DNA from: Chloroflexota bacterium
GTDB taxonomy: Bacteria; Chloroflexota; Anaerolineae; UBA4142; SHND01
Direction of reading: 5' to 3'
Assembly (NCBI GenBank): GCA_029778615.1
Contig: JAKOPZ010000208.1
Location: 1 to 64,000, forward strand
Length of the DNA: 64,000 nucleotides
Below are positions 17,828-26,637 of this stretch, piece by piece. The notes below the pieces were generated by a model, which saw only the letters and a program-made list of their open reading frames with translations, was not told the DNA's origin and searched no databases. The translations under genes were made by a program, and so were the position numbers. The stretch's first letter is position 1. Each line of letters begins with the position of its first letter.

Positions 17828-20260
17828 ATGAGCCGACGCCGCGCGCAGCCAGCGCAACCTCTGGAAACACCGACCGAACAATCCAACACGATTCGGATTT
17901 ATCCGCTTGTCCCCGCACGTGACACGGTGGTTTTTCCGCGTCTCATTTCGCCCATCACGGCGGGACGCGAACGCTCCGTGCGCGCGATTGAAGACGCGAT
18001 GCTGCGCGACCAAAAAGTTGTGGTGTTTGCGCAAAAAGACCCTGAACTGCAAGAACCAGGGATTGACGATTTGTATCTCGTCGGCACGGTGCTTTCCATC
18101 GGACGCATGTTGCGAATGCCCGACGGCACCACAAGCGTTTTGGGACAGGGCGAAGCGCGGGCGCGCCTTTTGGAAATTGTCCAGACCGACCCGTTTATTC
18201 AAGTGCGCGTCGCCGAAATCAAGGAGCCGCAAGACAACTCTATCGAAACACAGGCATTGAGCCGCGCCGTGCTCGCACAGTTTGAAAAAATCGTGCGGCT
18301 CAACGCCAATTTGCCCGAAGAGGTGTTTGTCGCGGCGATGAATGCCGAAGGCGCGGGCGCGCTCGCCGACCTCATCGGCTCTTCGCTTAATCTTGACATG
18401 CTCCCGCGTCAAGAGCTGCTCGAAACCATTGACCCCGTCGAACGCCTGAACAAAATTTCGCGCGTGCTGGAAAACGAACTTCAAGTCCTTGAACTGCAAA
18501 GCAAAATTCACAATCAAGTGCAGGAAGAGGTGGACAAGAATCAGCGCGAATATTATTTGCGCGAACAGATGCGCGTGATTCAGCACGAACTGGGCGAAAT
18601 GGACGCGCAAGCGCGCGACGTACACGAGCTGCGCGAAAAAATTCTCGCCGCCGAAATGCCGGACGAAGCGCGCGCCAAAGCGGAACACGAACTGGAGCGG
18701 CTCCAACAAATGCCATTTGGCTCGCCCGAACTTGGCATCATTCGCACGTATCTCGATTGGCTAATTCAACTGCCGTGGAAAACGGCGACGGAGGACAATC
18801 TGAATATTCCCGCCGCCGCCAAACTTTTGGACGAACAACATTACGGGCTCAAACGCGCCAAAGAACGCATTTTGGAATACATCGCCGTCCGAAAACTCGC
18901 GGCAGAAAAAATGTCCACGCCCGTCTTGTGTTTTGTCGGTCCGCCGGGCACGGGCAAGACTTCGATGGGACGCAGCATTGCCGAAGCGCTCGGCAGAAGT
19001 TTTGTGCGCGTTTCGCTCGGCGGCGTGCGCGACGAAGCCGAAATTCGCGGACATCGCCGCACCTATATCGGCGCGCTGCCCGGACGCGTCATTCAAACCA
19101 TGAAACGCGCCAAGTCCATCAATCCCGTTTTCATGCTCGACGAGATTGACAAAGTAGGCGCGGATTTTCGCGGCGACCCCAGCGCGGCGCTTTTGGAAGT
19201 GCTTGACCCCGAACAAAACAATTCATTCAGCGACCACTATTTAGAAGTGCCGTATGATTTATCGCATGTCATTTTCATCACCACCGCGAATTTGCTCGAC
19301 CCGATTCCGCCCGCGCTGCTCGACCGCATGGAAGTGATTGAATTTCCCGGCTATATCGAAGAAGAAAAACTCGCCATTGCCAAGCAGTTCATCATTCCGC
19401 GCCAGTTGGAACAACACGGGCTCGTCGGCAGACCAAAATTTTCGGACGAAGCGATTCGCACCTTGATTCGCGATTACAGCTATGAAGCCGGTGTTCGCAA
19501 TCTCGAACGCGAGACGGCGCAAGTGTGCCGCAAAATTGCGCGCGCGGTTGCCGAAGGCAAACCGATTCCCGCAACGGTGGGCAAAGAATCCCTGTACAAG
19601 TATCTCGGTCCCGCAAAATTTTCGTACGGCATGAAAGAAGAACAAGACCAAATCGGCGTCGCGACCGGACTCGCCGTAACGAGCGCCGGCGGCGATACGA
19701 TGGCAATTGAAGTGACGCTCATGCCGGGCAAAGGCGGGCTGATGCTCACCGGGCAATTGGGTGAAGTGATGCAGGAATCCGCGCAAGCGGCGCTTTCTTA
19801 TGCGCGCACCAATGCGAAACCATTGGGGCTGCGAAGCGATTTTGATAAACTCGACATTCACATTCACGTCCCCGAAGGCGCCATCCCAAAGGACGGACCT
19901 TCGGCGGGCATCACCATCGCCACCGCGCTCGTTTCCGCCTTGTCACAACGCGCCGTACACAAGGATGTGGGCTTTACCGGAGAAATTACTTTGCGCGGGC
20001 GCGTGCTGCCCATTGGCGGCTTGCGCGAAAAAGTTATCGCCGCGCATCGCGCCGGGTTGAAAACACTCGTCATTCCCAAAAAGAATAAAAAAGATTTGGT
20101 AGATTTGCCGCGCCGCGTCCAGCGTAATCTGAATCTGATTCTCGTCGAAAGCATGGACGAGGTACTGCCCGTTGCGTTGACACCAACGCAAACGCCCATG
20201 CCCAAGCGCGCGCCCGCGCGGCGCAAGCCGAACGCGCGCGGCGCGCACGTCGCGGTATAA
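17828..20260 (+). CDS. lon: ATP-dependent Lon protease (endopeptidase La)
   Basis: LON N-domain, AAA+ Walker A GPPGTGKTS and protease domain PKDGPSAGIT with the catalytic Ser. ATG at 17828; the ORF-track start at 17813 is TTG. Confidence 0.9.
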   Translation: MSRRRAQPAQPLETPTEQSNTIRIYPLVPARDTVVFPRLISPITAGRERSVRAIEDAMLRDQKVVVFAQKDPELQEPGIDDLYLVGTVLSIGRMLRMPDGTTSVLGQGEARARLLEIVQTDPFIQVRVAEIKEPQDNSIETQALSRAVLAQFEKIVRLNANLPEEVFVAAMNAEGAGALADLIGSSLNLDMLPRQELLETIDPVERLNKISRVLENELQVLELQSKIHNQVQEEVDKNQREYYLREQMRVIQHELGEMDAQARDVHELREKILAAEMPDEARAKAEHELERLQQMPFGSPELGIIRTYLDWLIQLPWKTATEDNLNIPAAAKLLDEQHYGLKRAKERILEYIAVRKLAAEKMSTPVLCFVGPPGTGKTSMGRSIAEALGRSFVRVSLGGVRDEAEIRGHRRTYIGALPGRVIQTMKRAKSINPVFMLDEIDKVGADFRGDPSAALLEVLDPEQNNSFSDHYLEVPYDLSHVIFITTANLLDPIPPALLDRMEVIEFPGYIEEEKLAIAKQFIIPRQLEQHGLVGRPKFSDEAIRTLIRDYSYEAGVRNLERETAQVCRKIARAVAEGKPIPATVGKESLYKYLGPAKFSYGMKEEQDQIGVATGLAVTSAGGDTMAIEVTLMPGKGGLMLTGQLGEVMQESAQAALSYARTNAKPLGLRSDFDKLDIHIHVPEGAIPKDGPSAGITIATALVSALSQRAVHKDVGFTGEITLRGRVLPIGGLREKVIAAHRAGLKTLVIPKKNKKDLVDLPRRVQRNLNLILVESMDEVLPVALTPTQTPMPKRAPARRKPNARGAHVAV

Positions 20261-20325
20261 ATTCTAAAAATGAAAAACGCGTAGAGCAAGGCATTTACCA
20301 ATGCCTTGACGCGTAACGTGATTCC

Positions 20326-20673
20326 TTGAACAACTATCCACCTCAATTACCCCCCCCCCCTTCGGGCGGCTATAACCCCGGCGGTTACAATCCGTTCAAT
20401 CCTTATCAAGGATACGACCCCGGCGCGGACTATATCCCGTGGCTGCCCGGACGCCAGAGTCCGCGTTTTTTGCCGCTCTTGATTATTGCCGCCGCGATTT
20501 TGCTTTGCAGCTGTTGTTCGTTTTTGGCTGGTACGATTTTTGGTATCGAACTGCCCGGGCTCGTCGCGCCCTCCTCCGCAGCTTCGCCCAATGACAATCC
20601 AGACCAAACGACACCCGAAGACACGCCGACGCCCGAAAGTTTTCACTGGCGCGTCATTTATCCGCAGACCTAA
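20326..20673 (+). CDS. hypothetical Pro/Tyr/Gly-rich membrane protein containing an 11-nt poly-C tract in codons 9-12
   Basis: N-terminal YNPGGYNP repeats, one TM segment and an acidic Pro/Thr-rich tail. The C11 run at 20350-20360 encodes PPPP. Confidence 0.4.
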   Translation: MNNYPPQLPPPPSGGYNPGGYNPFNPYQGYDPGADYIPWLPGRQSPRFLPLLIIAAAILLCSCCSFLAGTIFGIELPGLVAPSSAASPNDNPDQTTPEDTPTPESFHWRVIYPQT

Positions 20674-20716
20674 ATTCTTCAGACCCGGCTCCAGTCGGGT
20701 TTGAAATTTTTCTGAC

Positions 20717-22117
20717 ATGGAGACCTTTGACATCCAAGCCCTGTACGAACGCGGACCGGGCGACACTCTCGCGTTTGAAACGGACACTGCGCCGGTCTTG
20801 CGTCTCGCCGAAACGTTCTCCGCACTCGCCAATGCTCAAGGCGGAACGGTCCTGCTCGGCATTGACCCCGCGAGCGAAAGCATCAAAGGCATCCGCGACT
20901 TGGATGCCGCGCGCGAAAAAGCATTAGCGGCGGGTCTGCGCTGTGAACCGCCGCTGGTTCTGCCGCGTCCCGCCACCGTGATGCTCGAAGGCAAACCACT
21001 GCTGCTGGTCACAATTCCGTCCGGCTTGCCGCACGCCTACGCGCTGCGCGGCAAGTACATGGAACGCGACGGCAAAAAAAATCGCGCGCTCGGTCCGCGC
21101 CAACTGCGCGATTTACTGCGCCAACGCGGCGAAGGAAATTTTGAAGCGCAAGTGCTGCCGGGCGCGACGCTCGACGATTTGGACCGCGCGCATGTGGACG
21201 CGTACGCGAAAATTTTTCTGACCGATGTGAGTTCGCGCAGCCGCTGGGATGAAGGCACGCTCGATTTGTTGTACCGACGCGGCTGTCTCACCAAAGAATC
21301 CAGCGCCTATCGTCCAACCGTCGCGGGACTTGTGTTGTTCGGGCGCGAGCCGCAGCGTTTGCTGCCGAGCGCGGAAGTGGTGTTGGTGCGGTATTCGGGT
21401 ACGGAAATGTCCGACACCTTTATTCGCGAAACTGCGCGCGGTTCACTGCCCGAACAAATTCGCGCGGCGGAAGCATTTCTCGTCGCGAACATGCGCAAGG
21501 GCGCGCGCATTCAAGAATTTCGTCGCGAAGAAAAACCAGAGTATCCCCTACCCGCCGTGCGTGAAGTCATCGTCAACGCAATTGCCCATCGCGATTATCA
21601 AATTCGCGGCGAGGAAATTCGCGTGCTCATGTTCATGGACCGCATCGAAGTCTATTCGCCCGGACGTTTGCCCGGACACATTACGGTGGAAAATATCGTC
21701 GAGGAACGCTTTGCGCGGAATGAAGTGATTGTCCAAGTTCTGACGGACTTGGGGTTTGTGGAACGGCTCGGATACGGTATTGACCGCATCTTGCGCCAAA
21801 TGAGCGAGGCGGGTCTGCCGAAACCGAAATTTGAAGAAACCGCGAACGGTTTTCGCGTAACGCTGCGCGGCGCGGGGGAACAATTCATTAGCGCCGATTT
21901 TGACCGCGAGCGTTATCGCAATCTGCCGCTCAACGAACGGCAAACGGCGGCACTCCAAATTCTGCACAAAACGGGACGCATCGGCAATCGCGATTTAAAA
22001 GAATTGTATCCCGACGTGAGTGAAGAAACGATTCGCCGCGATTTGGCGGATTTGGTGGACGCGGGATTGGTCATCAAAATGGGCGACCGGCGCGGGACCT
22101 ACTATATTCTAAAATAA
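20717..22117 (+). CDS. AlbA_2 (divergent AAA-4) / HATPase_c_4 family putative transcriptional regulator with C-terminal wHTH
   Basis: Architecture typical of Schlafen-like ATP-binding putative regulators (N-terminal AlbA_2, central HATPase-like region, C-terminal HTH NERQTAALQIL). Confidence 0.6.
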   Translation: METFDIQALYERGPGDTLAFETDTAPVLRLAETFSALANAQGGTVLLGIDPASESIKGIRDLDAAREKALAAGLRCEPPLVLPRPATVMLEGKPLLLVTIPSGLPHAYALRGKYMERDGKKNRALGPRQLRDLLRQRGEGNFEAQVLPGATLDDLDRAHVDAYAKIFLTDVSSRSRWDEGTLDLLYRRGCLTKESSAYRPTVAGLVLFGREPQRLLPSAEVVLVRYSGTEMSDTFIRETARGSLPEQIRAAEAFLVANMRKGARIQEFRREEKPEYPLPAVREVIVNAIAHRDYQIRGEEIRVLMFMDRIEVYSPGRLPGHITVENIVEERFARNEVIVQVLTDLGFVERLGYGIDRILRQMSEAGLPKPKFEETANGFRVTLRGAGEQFISADFDRERYRNLPLNERQTAALQILHKTGRIGNRDLKELYPDVSEETIRRDLADLVDAGLVIKMGDRRGTYYILK

Positions 22118-22127
22118 CGCGCCGTTC

Positions 22128-22153
22128 CAATCGGAACGGCGCGCTCAGTAATA
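22128..22153. terminator. GC-rich hairpin between convergent genes
   Basis: Stem CGCGCCGTTCC / GGAACGGCGCG. No clear U-tract. Confidence 0.3.
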
Positions 22154-22759
22154 AAAATTAATGCGCGTGTATTCTGCGGCGAGCAGAGGCGCAAGAATTT
22201 CACTCGCCGGTGAAACCATATCTTGAAGCAGCCCGTCGCATTTTTGACATGCCCACAATGCGCCGGAAGCATCGTGGAGAAAAAATGCGACCCGCGCGCG
22301 CGCCAACCATACCGCCGCCGCGCAATCCGGCATTGTAAACGCAAGCTGTTCCGCGCACTCTTCCAACAGCGTCTGTGCCTGCGCCCAATCTTGTTTCCCC
22401 ACGCAAATGACCGCGTTGTAGTATTGAACGACCGCGCCGGCTAACGCCACATTAATTCCCCCGCGATACATCGCGCCCAATTTCTGAACTTGCGCCGCGC
22501 CGCCGCACCATTCTTGAGCACTCGACCAATCGCCGCGCACACCGCACAGCACCACGCGCTGCAACATTTCACAAACGCCGCGTCCCAAGGCGGGATTGAA
22601 CACTGCGCGCGCCGGCGGTTTGTTTGGAAAATTTGGGTCACGCGCACGATACGGCACCAGCGCGAACGCAAAAAAAGATTGATGCGTCACCTTGAGCAAA
22701 AAAACGCGCCCGAGCGCAAACAGTCCGAGCGCGAGAGTATAGGCGCTTTCACACATCAC
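22145..22759 (-). CDS. hypothetical Trp/Cys-rich protein co-transcribed with SPFH protein
   Basis: A 4-nt overlap with the upstream SPFH gene. No recognised motif. Confidence 0.35.
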   Translation of the reverse strand: MMCESAYTLALGLFALGRVFLLKVTHQSFFAFALVPYRARDPNFPNKPPARAVFNPALGRGVCEMLQRVVLCGVRGDWSSAQEWCGGAAQVQKLGAMYRGGINVALAGAVVQYYNAVICVGKQDWAQAQTLLEECAEQLAFTMPDCAAAVWLARARVAFFLHDASGALWACQKCDGLLQDMVSPASEILAPLLAAEYTRINFYY

Positions 22760-24228
22760 TCTTCCTCTTCTGCCTCTTCGTTGTTGTGCCCGAACATATC
22801 GAGAATCGAACGCGAATCTCTGCCGTACCCGTAACGCCGCTCATAGACCAACAAGCCCAGCGCGCGCATCAATTCGCGCATCGTCGCTTCATCCAAACTG
22901 TCGCCCAACGCTTGTTTGACCAATTCCATCCGCCGCGCAAATTCCACCGCGCTCACCGCGCGCGCCTTCATACGCGTTTCCAAACTCTCCGCTTCGGCTT
23001 CGGCTTTGAGTTTTTCTACCTGCTTTTCCGTCTCGGCTTCCACCATCAATTTCTTTTGTTTAATTTGCGCCAATTGAAAATCATTCTTGGCATTCTCGAT
23101 GTCTTGCCGCGCCTGCCGTTCGATTTTTCCTTCTTCGTGGATTTGATGCAGCCACGCGTCATACATTTGTTTTGCCGTTTCGGCAAGGAATGGCGGCGGC
23201 GCGATGGAAAGAATGATCACGCTCCGCACTTCGACCCCGATTTCGGCGAGCCGTTCGCGCGTTTCGTCTATCAGGCGTTTGCTCAATTCTTGTACCAGTT
23301 CCTTGTGCGGCTGCGCCGCATACACGCGTTTCACCGTATCCACCAAATCCAATCCGTGCAGCTGTGTCGGCGTCACAAAAAAATCCGACAAGGCGAATTG
23401 GAGCATCAAGTCGCGCACTTTGATTAACAACAATCGTTTGGTGCGTTCGCGCCAGTCGGGAGTGGACATGACCGCGCGTTGAACGTTTTGCCATTTGGCG
23501 CGGTGCGTCTGACTTTCGCGGAACGACACGGCGTCCTGAATCACCCAATAAGAAATCACTGCTTTGAGATGCGCTTGCATTCCGTCGAGCGTCCAAAAAT
23601 CGTCGTCCACTTGAAACGACTGCTGTCTCAAATCCACCGCGCCGACAAACTGCTGGTTCCATTCGTACAAATGCGTGCCGTACTGATACAACACGTAACC
23701 GCCGGGCTGCCACAATACGACCGCGCTCGTGCGGTCCACATCCAAATACGCGGGTCCGCGTCCCGTCGTACGCTGTAACGTCAAGTCCAATTGTTCGCGG
23801 CGGCGCAAGAGCGTCATGTCCGTGCCTTCGGCGATTTGTCCTTGCCGTATCGCAATCGTCGGCAAATAGTCATAGCCCAGATATTCCTCCAGCAAGTCTG
23901 TCGCGGTCTTGAGGTCTTGGACTTGGTACGGTGAGAGGAGCAGCCCCGCACAACGCGCGACAAGCGTTTTCAAAACAAAGCGCGACAACCAAACGCCCAC
24001 CGCGAGCATGGCGACACCAAAGGCAAGACTGCCCCAACGAAAAGGACCGTCCGGGAGAAAGATTGCGAGGGTCGCGCCGCCAAAGGCAAGCGTGAACGCC
24101 GCCGCGATAATCATCACACCCATGTCCGGGGAAATGGAAGAGGGTTTGGGCTGTGGTTTTCTCGGTAAAGTCGGGGAGCGCTTGACCGCTGCGCCGAGTG
24201 TGGCTCTCACTGACCGTATGCGTTGCAT
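22756..24228 (-). CDS. SPFH/band-7 (flotillin-like) membrane protein
   Basis: Two N-terminal TM segments, SPFH core and a long C-terminal coiled coil with an acidic tail. Start ambiguous: GTG at 24237, ATG at 24228 or ATG at 24123. Confidence 0.65.
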   Translation of the reverse strand: MQRIRSVRATLGAAVKRSPTLPRKPQPKPSSISPDMGVMIIAAAFTLAFGGATLAIFLPDGPFRWGSLAFGVAMLAVGVWLSRFVLKTLVARCAGLLLSPYQVQDLKTATDLLEEYLGYDYLPTIAIRQGQIAEGTDMTLLRRREQLDLTLQRTTGRGPAYLDVDRTSAVVLWQPGGYVLYQYGTHLYEWNQQFVGAVDLRQQSFQVDDDFWTLDGMQAHLKAVISYWVIQDAVSFRESQTHRAKWQNVQRAVMSTPDWRERTKRLLLIKVRDLMLQFALSDFFVTPTQLHGLDLVDTVKRVYAAQPHKELVQELSKRLIDETRERLAEIGVEVRSVIILSIAPPPFLAETAKQMYDAWLHQIHEEGKIERQARQDIENAKNDFQLAQIKQKKLMVEAETEKQVEKLKAEAEAESLETRMKARAVSAVEFARRMELVKQALGDSLDEATMRELMRALGLLVYERRYGYGRDSRSILDMFGHNNEEAEEEE

Positions 24229-24471
24229 TGCATACACCGCCCTGGAACAAACAAGATTGCTTTCGGAATGTAGAATAACATATTTGAAAGCGCTTCACAA
24301 TGGCACTCGCGGCGCGCGCCAGCAGTGAGCAACATGTAGCAAAAAATAGAAATTCATTTATCCCACACTATCCCACACTTATCCCACATAACGCGTAGCA
24401 GCGTCCGCACAGGTGTTCTAGGGCGATTTTTTCGAGCATTGATTGTGTGCGCGTGATGCCGCGCAGATTGA

Positions 24472-24499
24472 TTGACAGGGAACTCGCAGCAACTATAAT
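24472..24499 (+). promoter_or_regulatory. near-consensus sigma-70 promoter (TTGACA-16-TATAAT) for the LuxR-type regulator gene
   Basis: TTGACA at 24472-24477 and TATAAT at 24494-24499. It lies about 170 nt upstream of the ATG, with a C12 tract in the leader. Confidence 0.45.
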
Positions 24500-24665
24500 G
24501 CGTCTGCATTTTGATTTCTTTGTTTGGAGGTTTGAATTGAAATGGTTTCGCTTTTTTGCCCCCCCCCCCCGAATCTTTCATTTCAATAATTTCTTGCCCC
24601 ACTGAACGCGCGCCGCCTGCCAATGTGTTGTCCACACAAAACCTGGATAAATTATTGGAGGCATC

Positions 24666-25274
24666 ATGGCAATTGTTCAAACAGTGCGCGTTCTTGTGAT
24701 TGACCCCAGTTTTATTTTTTATCAAGGTATCCGCCAAGCTCTGGGGTCAAGTCCAACATATCAAATCGAATGGGCGCAAGATTTGAAGTCTCCGCTCACA
24801 AGCGGCGAAGGATTTGACCTCGCGTTGATTGGTCCAAGTTTTGACACGCACGCCGCTCTCGAGCTCTGCTGCCAATTGGCGACGCGGAATGAAAAAACAA
24901 GAGTTGTCCTCATCAGCCAACACGCCGAGAGTGTGTTGTTCCAAGAAGATGCTTTTTTAGCCGGGGCGTTTGCGTGTCTGCCGTCGTCTGCAAGCCAGCA
25001 AGAGTTTCTTGACGCGTTAGAACAAATCTCGCGCGGCGTGCGATTGTTCAGGGAGGAGATTCTTTCGGGAATGTTCCAAGTGGAACCCTTGACGAGACGA
25101 GAAATTGAGATACTGGTGCGAATTGCGGCGCGCAAAACAGACAAGGAAATTGCGGACGCACTGTGCATCAGCGTCAACACGGCGCGTAATCATACACAAA
25201 ATATCTTGAGGAAATTGCAGACAAACGATCGCGAGGCAGCCGTGTGGCGCGCGCGGCTTCGCGGGTGGATTTGA
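24666..25274 (+). CDS. LuxR/FixJ-type response regulator (receiver + LuxR HTH)
   Basis: N-terminal receiver-like VLVIDPS and C-terminal LuxR HTH (TRREIEILVRIAARKTDKEIADALCISVNTARNHTQNILRKL). No cognate kinase is adjacent. Confidence 0.7.
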   Translation: MAIVQTVRVLVIDPSFIFYQGIRQALGSSPTYQIEWAQDLKSPLTSGEGFDLALIGPSFDTHAALELCCQLATRNEKTRVVLISQHAESVLFQEDAFLAGAFACLPSSASQQEFLDALEQISRGVRLFREEILSGMFQVEPLTRREIEILVRIAARKTDKEIADALCISVNTARNHTQNILRKLQTNDREAAVWRARLRGWI

Positions 25275-25367
25275 GAGCAACGAGTCTTGAAAAAATAGTG
25301 CATGCACTATTGATTCTGAGTGAGCCAACTCGGTAAAATACCTGTAAACCTTATAGGAGGCTCGTTG

Positions 25368-25913
25368 ATGAACCGCAAGATAATGCCTTTATTATTCGCA
25401 GGAATCCTAGTCTTGCTTCTCACGATTGCTTGGCTACTACCACTCGCAAATGTAGTTTATGCGAATCTTACCGCGAAAATTTGTGATAGCAATGTGAAAT
25501 ATTGGTGTAGTCAAGTTGACTACGGTCCGAATGGGTCGGGATGGCAAATAAATGGACGCAAGTACTGGGGCGGGTATGGCATAAGTACACCCGGCGGGAC
25601 AAGTGGAGCCGATAAATGGCAACTCTGGTTATTACGAGATTGGCATGCGCCGAGTGGAACTTGGCAAATTGCTTGGCAGTGTAGCAAACCTTGCGATAAC
25701 TGGCATGCGAATCCTCAACCGGGGGTTGAAGGACCTTTTTTAAAAGGTCCGACGGGAGCTAACGCGGTTCGCAACTTTAACGCTAGCGTTCAGTTCCAAC
25801 ATAGATACTATCAGGCTCAACCCACCCCACGAACTTTTTGTCAAGGAATTGAGGAGCATTACCTATCTAACGGCACCAGTTATTACAGAGAAGAACTGAT
25901 TAATTGCAATTAG
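25368..25913 (+). CDS. secreted Trp/Cys-rich hypothetical protein (lower-GC islet)
   Basis: AGGAGG Shine-Dalgarno, signal peptide/TM, 6 Cys and about 10 Trp. Local GC about 42-45% by eye. Confidence 0.5.
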   Translation: MNRKIMPLLFAGILVLLLTIAWLLPLANVVYANLTAKICDSNVKYWCSQVDYGPNGSGWQINGRKYWGGYGISTPGGTSGADKWQLWLLRDWHAPSGTWQIAWQCSKPCDNWHANPQPGVEGPFLKGPTGANAVRNFNASVQFQHRYYQAQPTPRTFCQGIEEHYLSNGTSYYREELINCN

Positions 25914-25939
25914 TCATTCTGCCAAGAAAGAGGAACCCG

Positions 25940-26584
25940 ATGAGAATCACCCAAAATGCACTTCGCCTGCTGCTATTGATTGCGATCGTTCTGCTTTCGA
26001 TCATAGTAGGCTCAAGTTTGAGTGCTCGGACTGAGTATGAGTGGCCACATTTTTCAATGACTTACCAGATTAAAGGGAGAAGTGGCGTCACTGTCACCAA
26101 GCGTTTGACATGGTACAATAAAAACCATTGGATCGATGAAATTATTTCGGATCAAGTCCCTCAAAATGATTCACCTATTGCACCACTGAACTACAGCGGC
26201 GCTAAATATGAGTTCAAAAACGGTGAATACATTGTTTATGATCCAATTGCAAACAGTGAAACACGCACCAAAGTAGAACCGGGCGTCATAATGAGCCCAG
26301 CAGAATGGCTGGTCCCAGGATATGAACAGTATCTCAAGCAAAATACCGATTTCAAGTCAATCGGGACCACAGAGAATGGTAAACGCGTCTATAGGTATCA
26401 AGAACAGCGAATCTGTCGGAAAGATTCACAAGGAAGGTTGTTTGACCCCTCGTGCAACGCATCAGAACAACTGATTACAGAAATTACTTTCGGGGAGCAT
26501 GAAGTTCCAGTCAAGCGAGTAGAACAAGTGGGTTCAAAGATCACTTTGGAGTGGAAAGTTCTTCAACTCAAATTTGCCCAGTAA
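25940..26584 (+). CDS. secreted hypothetical protein (lower-GC islet)
   Basis: AAGAGG Shine-Dalgarno and signal peptide. No recognised motif. Confidence 0.5.
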   Translation: MRITQNALRLLLLIAIVLLSIIVGSSLSARTEYEWPHFSMTYQIKGRSGVTVTKRLTWYNKNHWIDEIISDQVPQNDSPIAPLNYSGAKYEFKNGEYIVYDPIANSETRTKVEPGVIMSPAEWLVPGYEQYLKQNTDFKSIGTTENGKRVYRYQEQRICRKDSQGRLFDPSCNASEQLITEITFGEHEVPVKRVEQVGSKITLEWKVLQLKFAQ

Positions 26585-26588
26585 CTTC

Positions 26589-26625
26589 AAAAAAGACCGC
26601 GCCAACTTTGGCGCGGTCTTTTTAT
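26589..26625. terminator. bidirectional rho-independent terminator
   Basis: Stem AGACCGCGCC / GGCGCGGTCT flanked by an A-run and a T-run. Confidence 0.75.
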
Positions 26626-26637
26626 TTCCAGTAAACT

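Noticed and set aside
24541-24700. Small upstream ORF spanning the poly-C tract, and possible C-tract-dependent fusion to the LuxR regulator
   Set aside because: The regulator frame has a TAA at 24648 between the tract and the ATG, so no N-terminal fusion is possible. The uORF has a poor Shine-Dalgarno spacing. Kept only as a leader feature.
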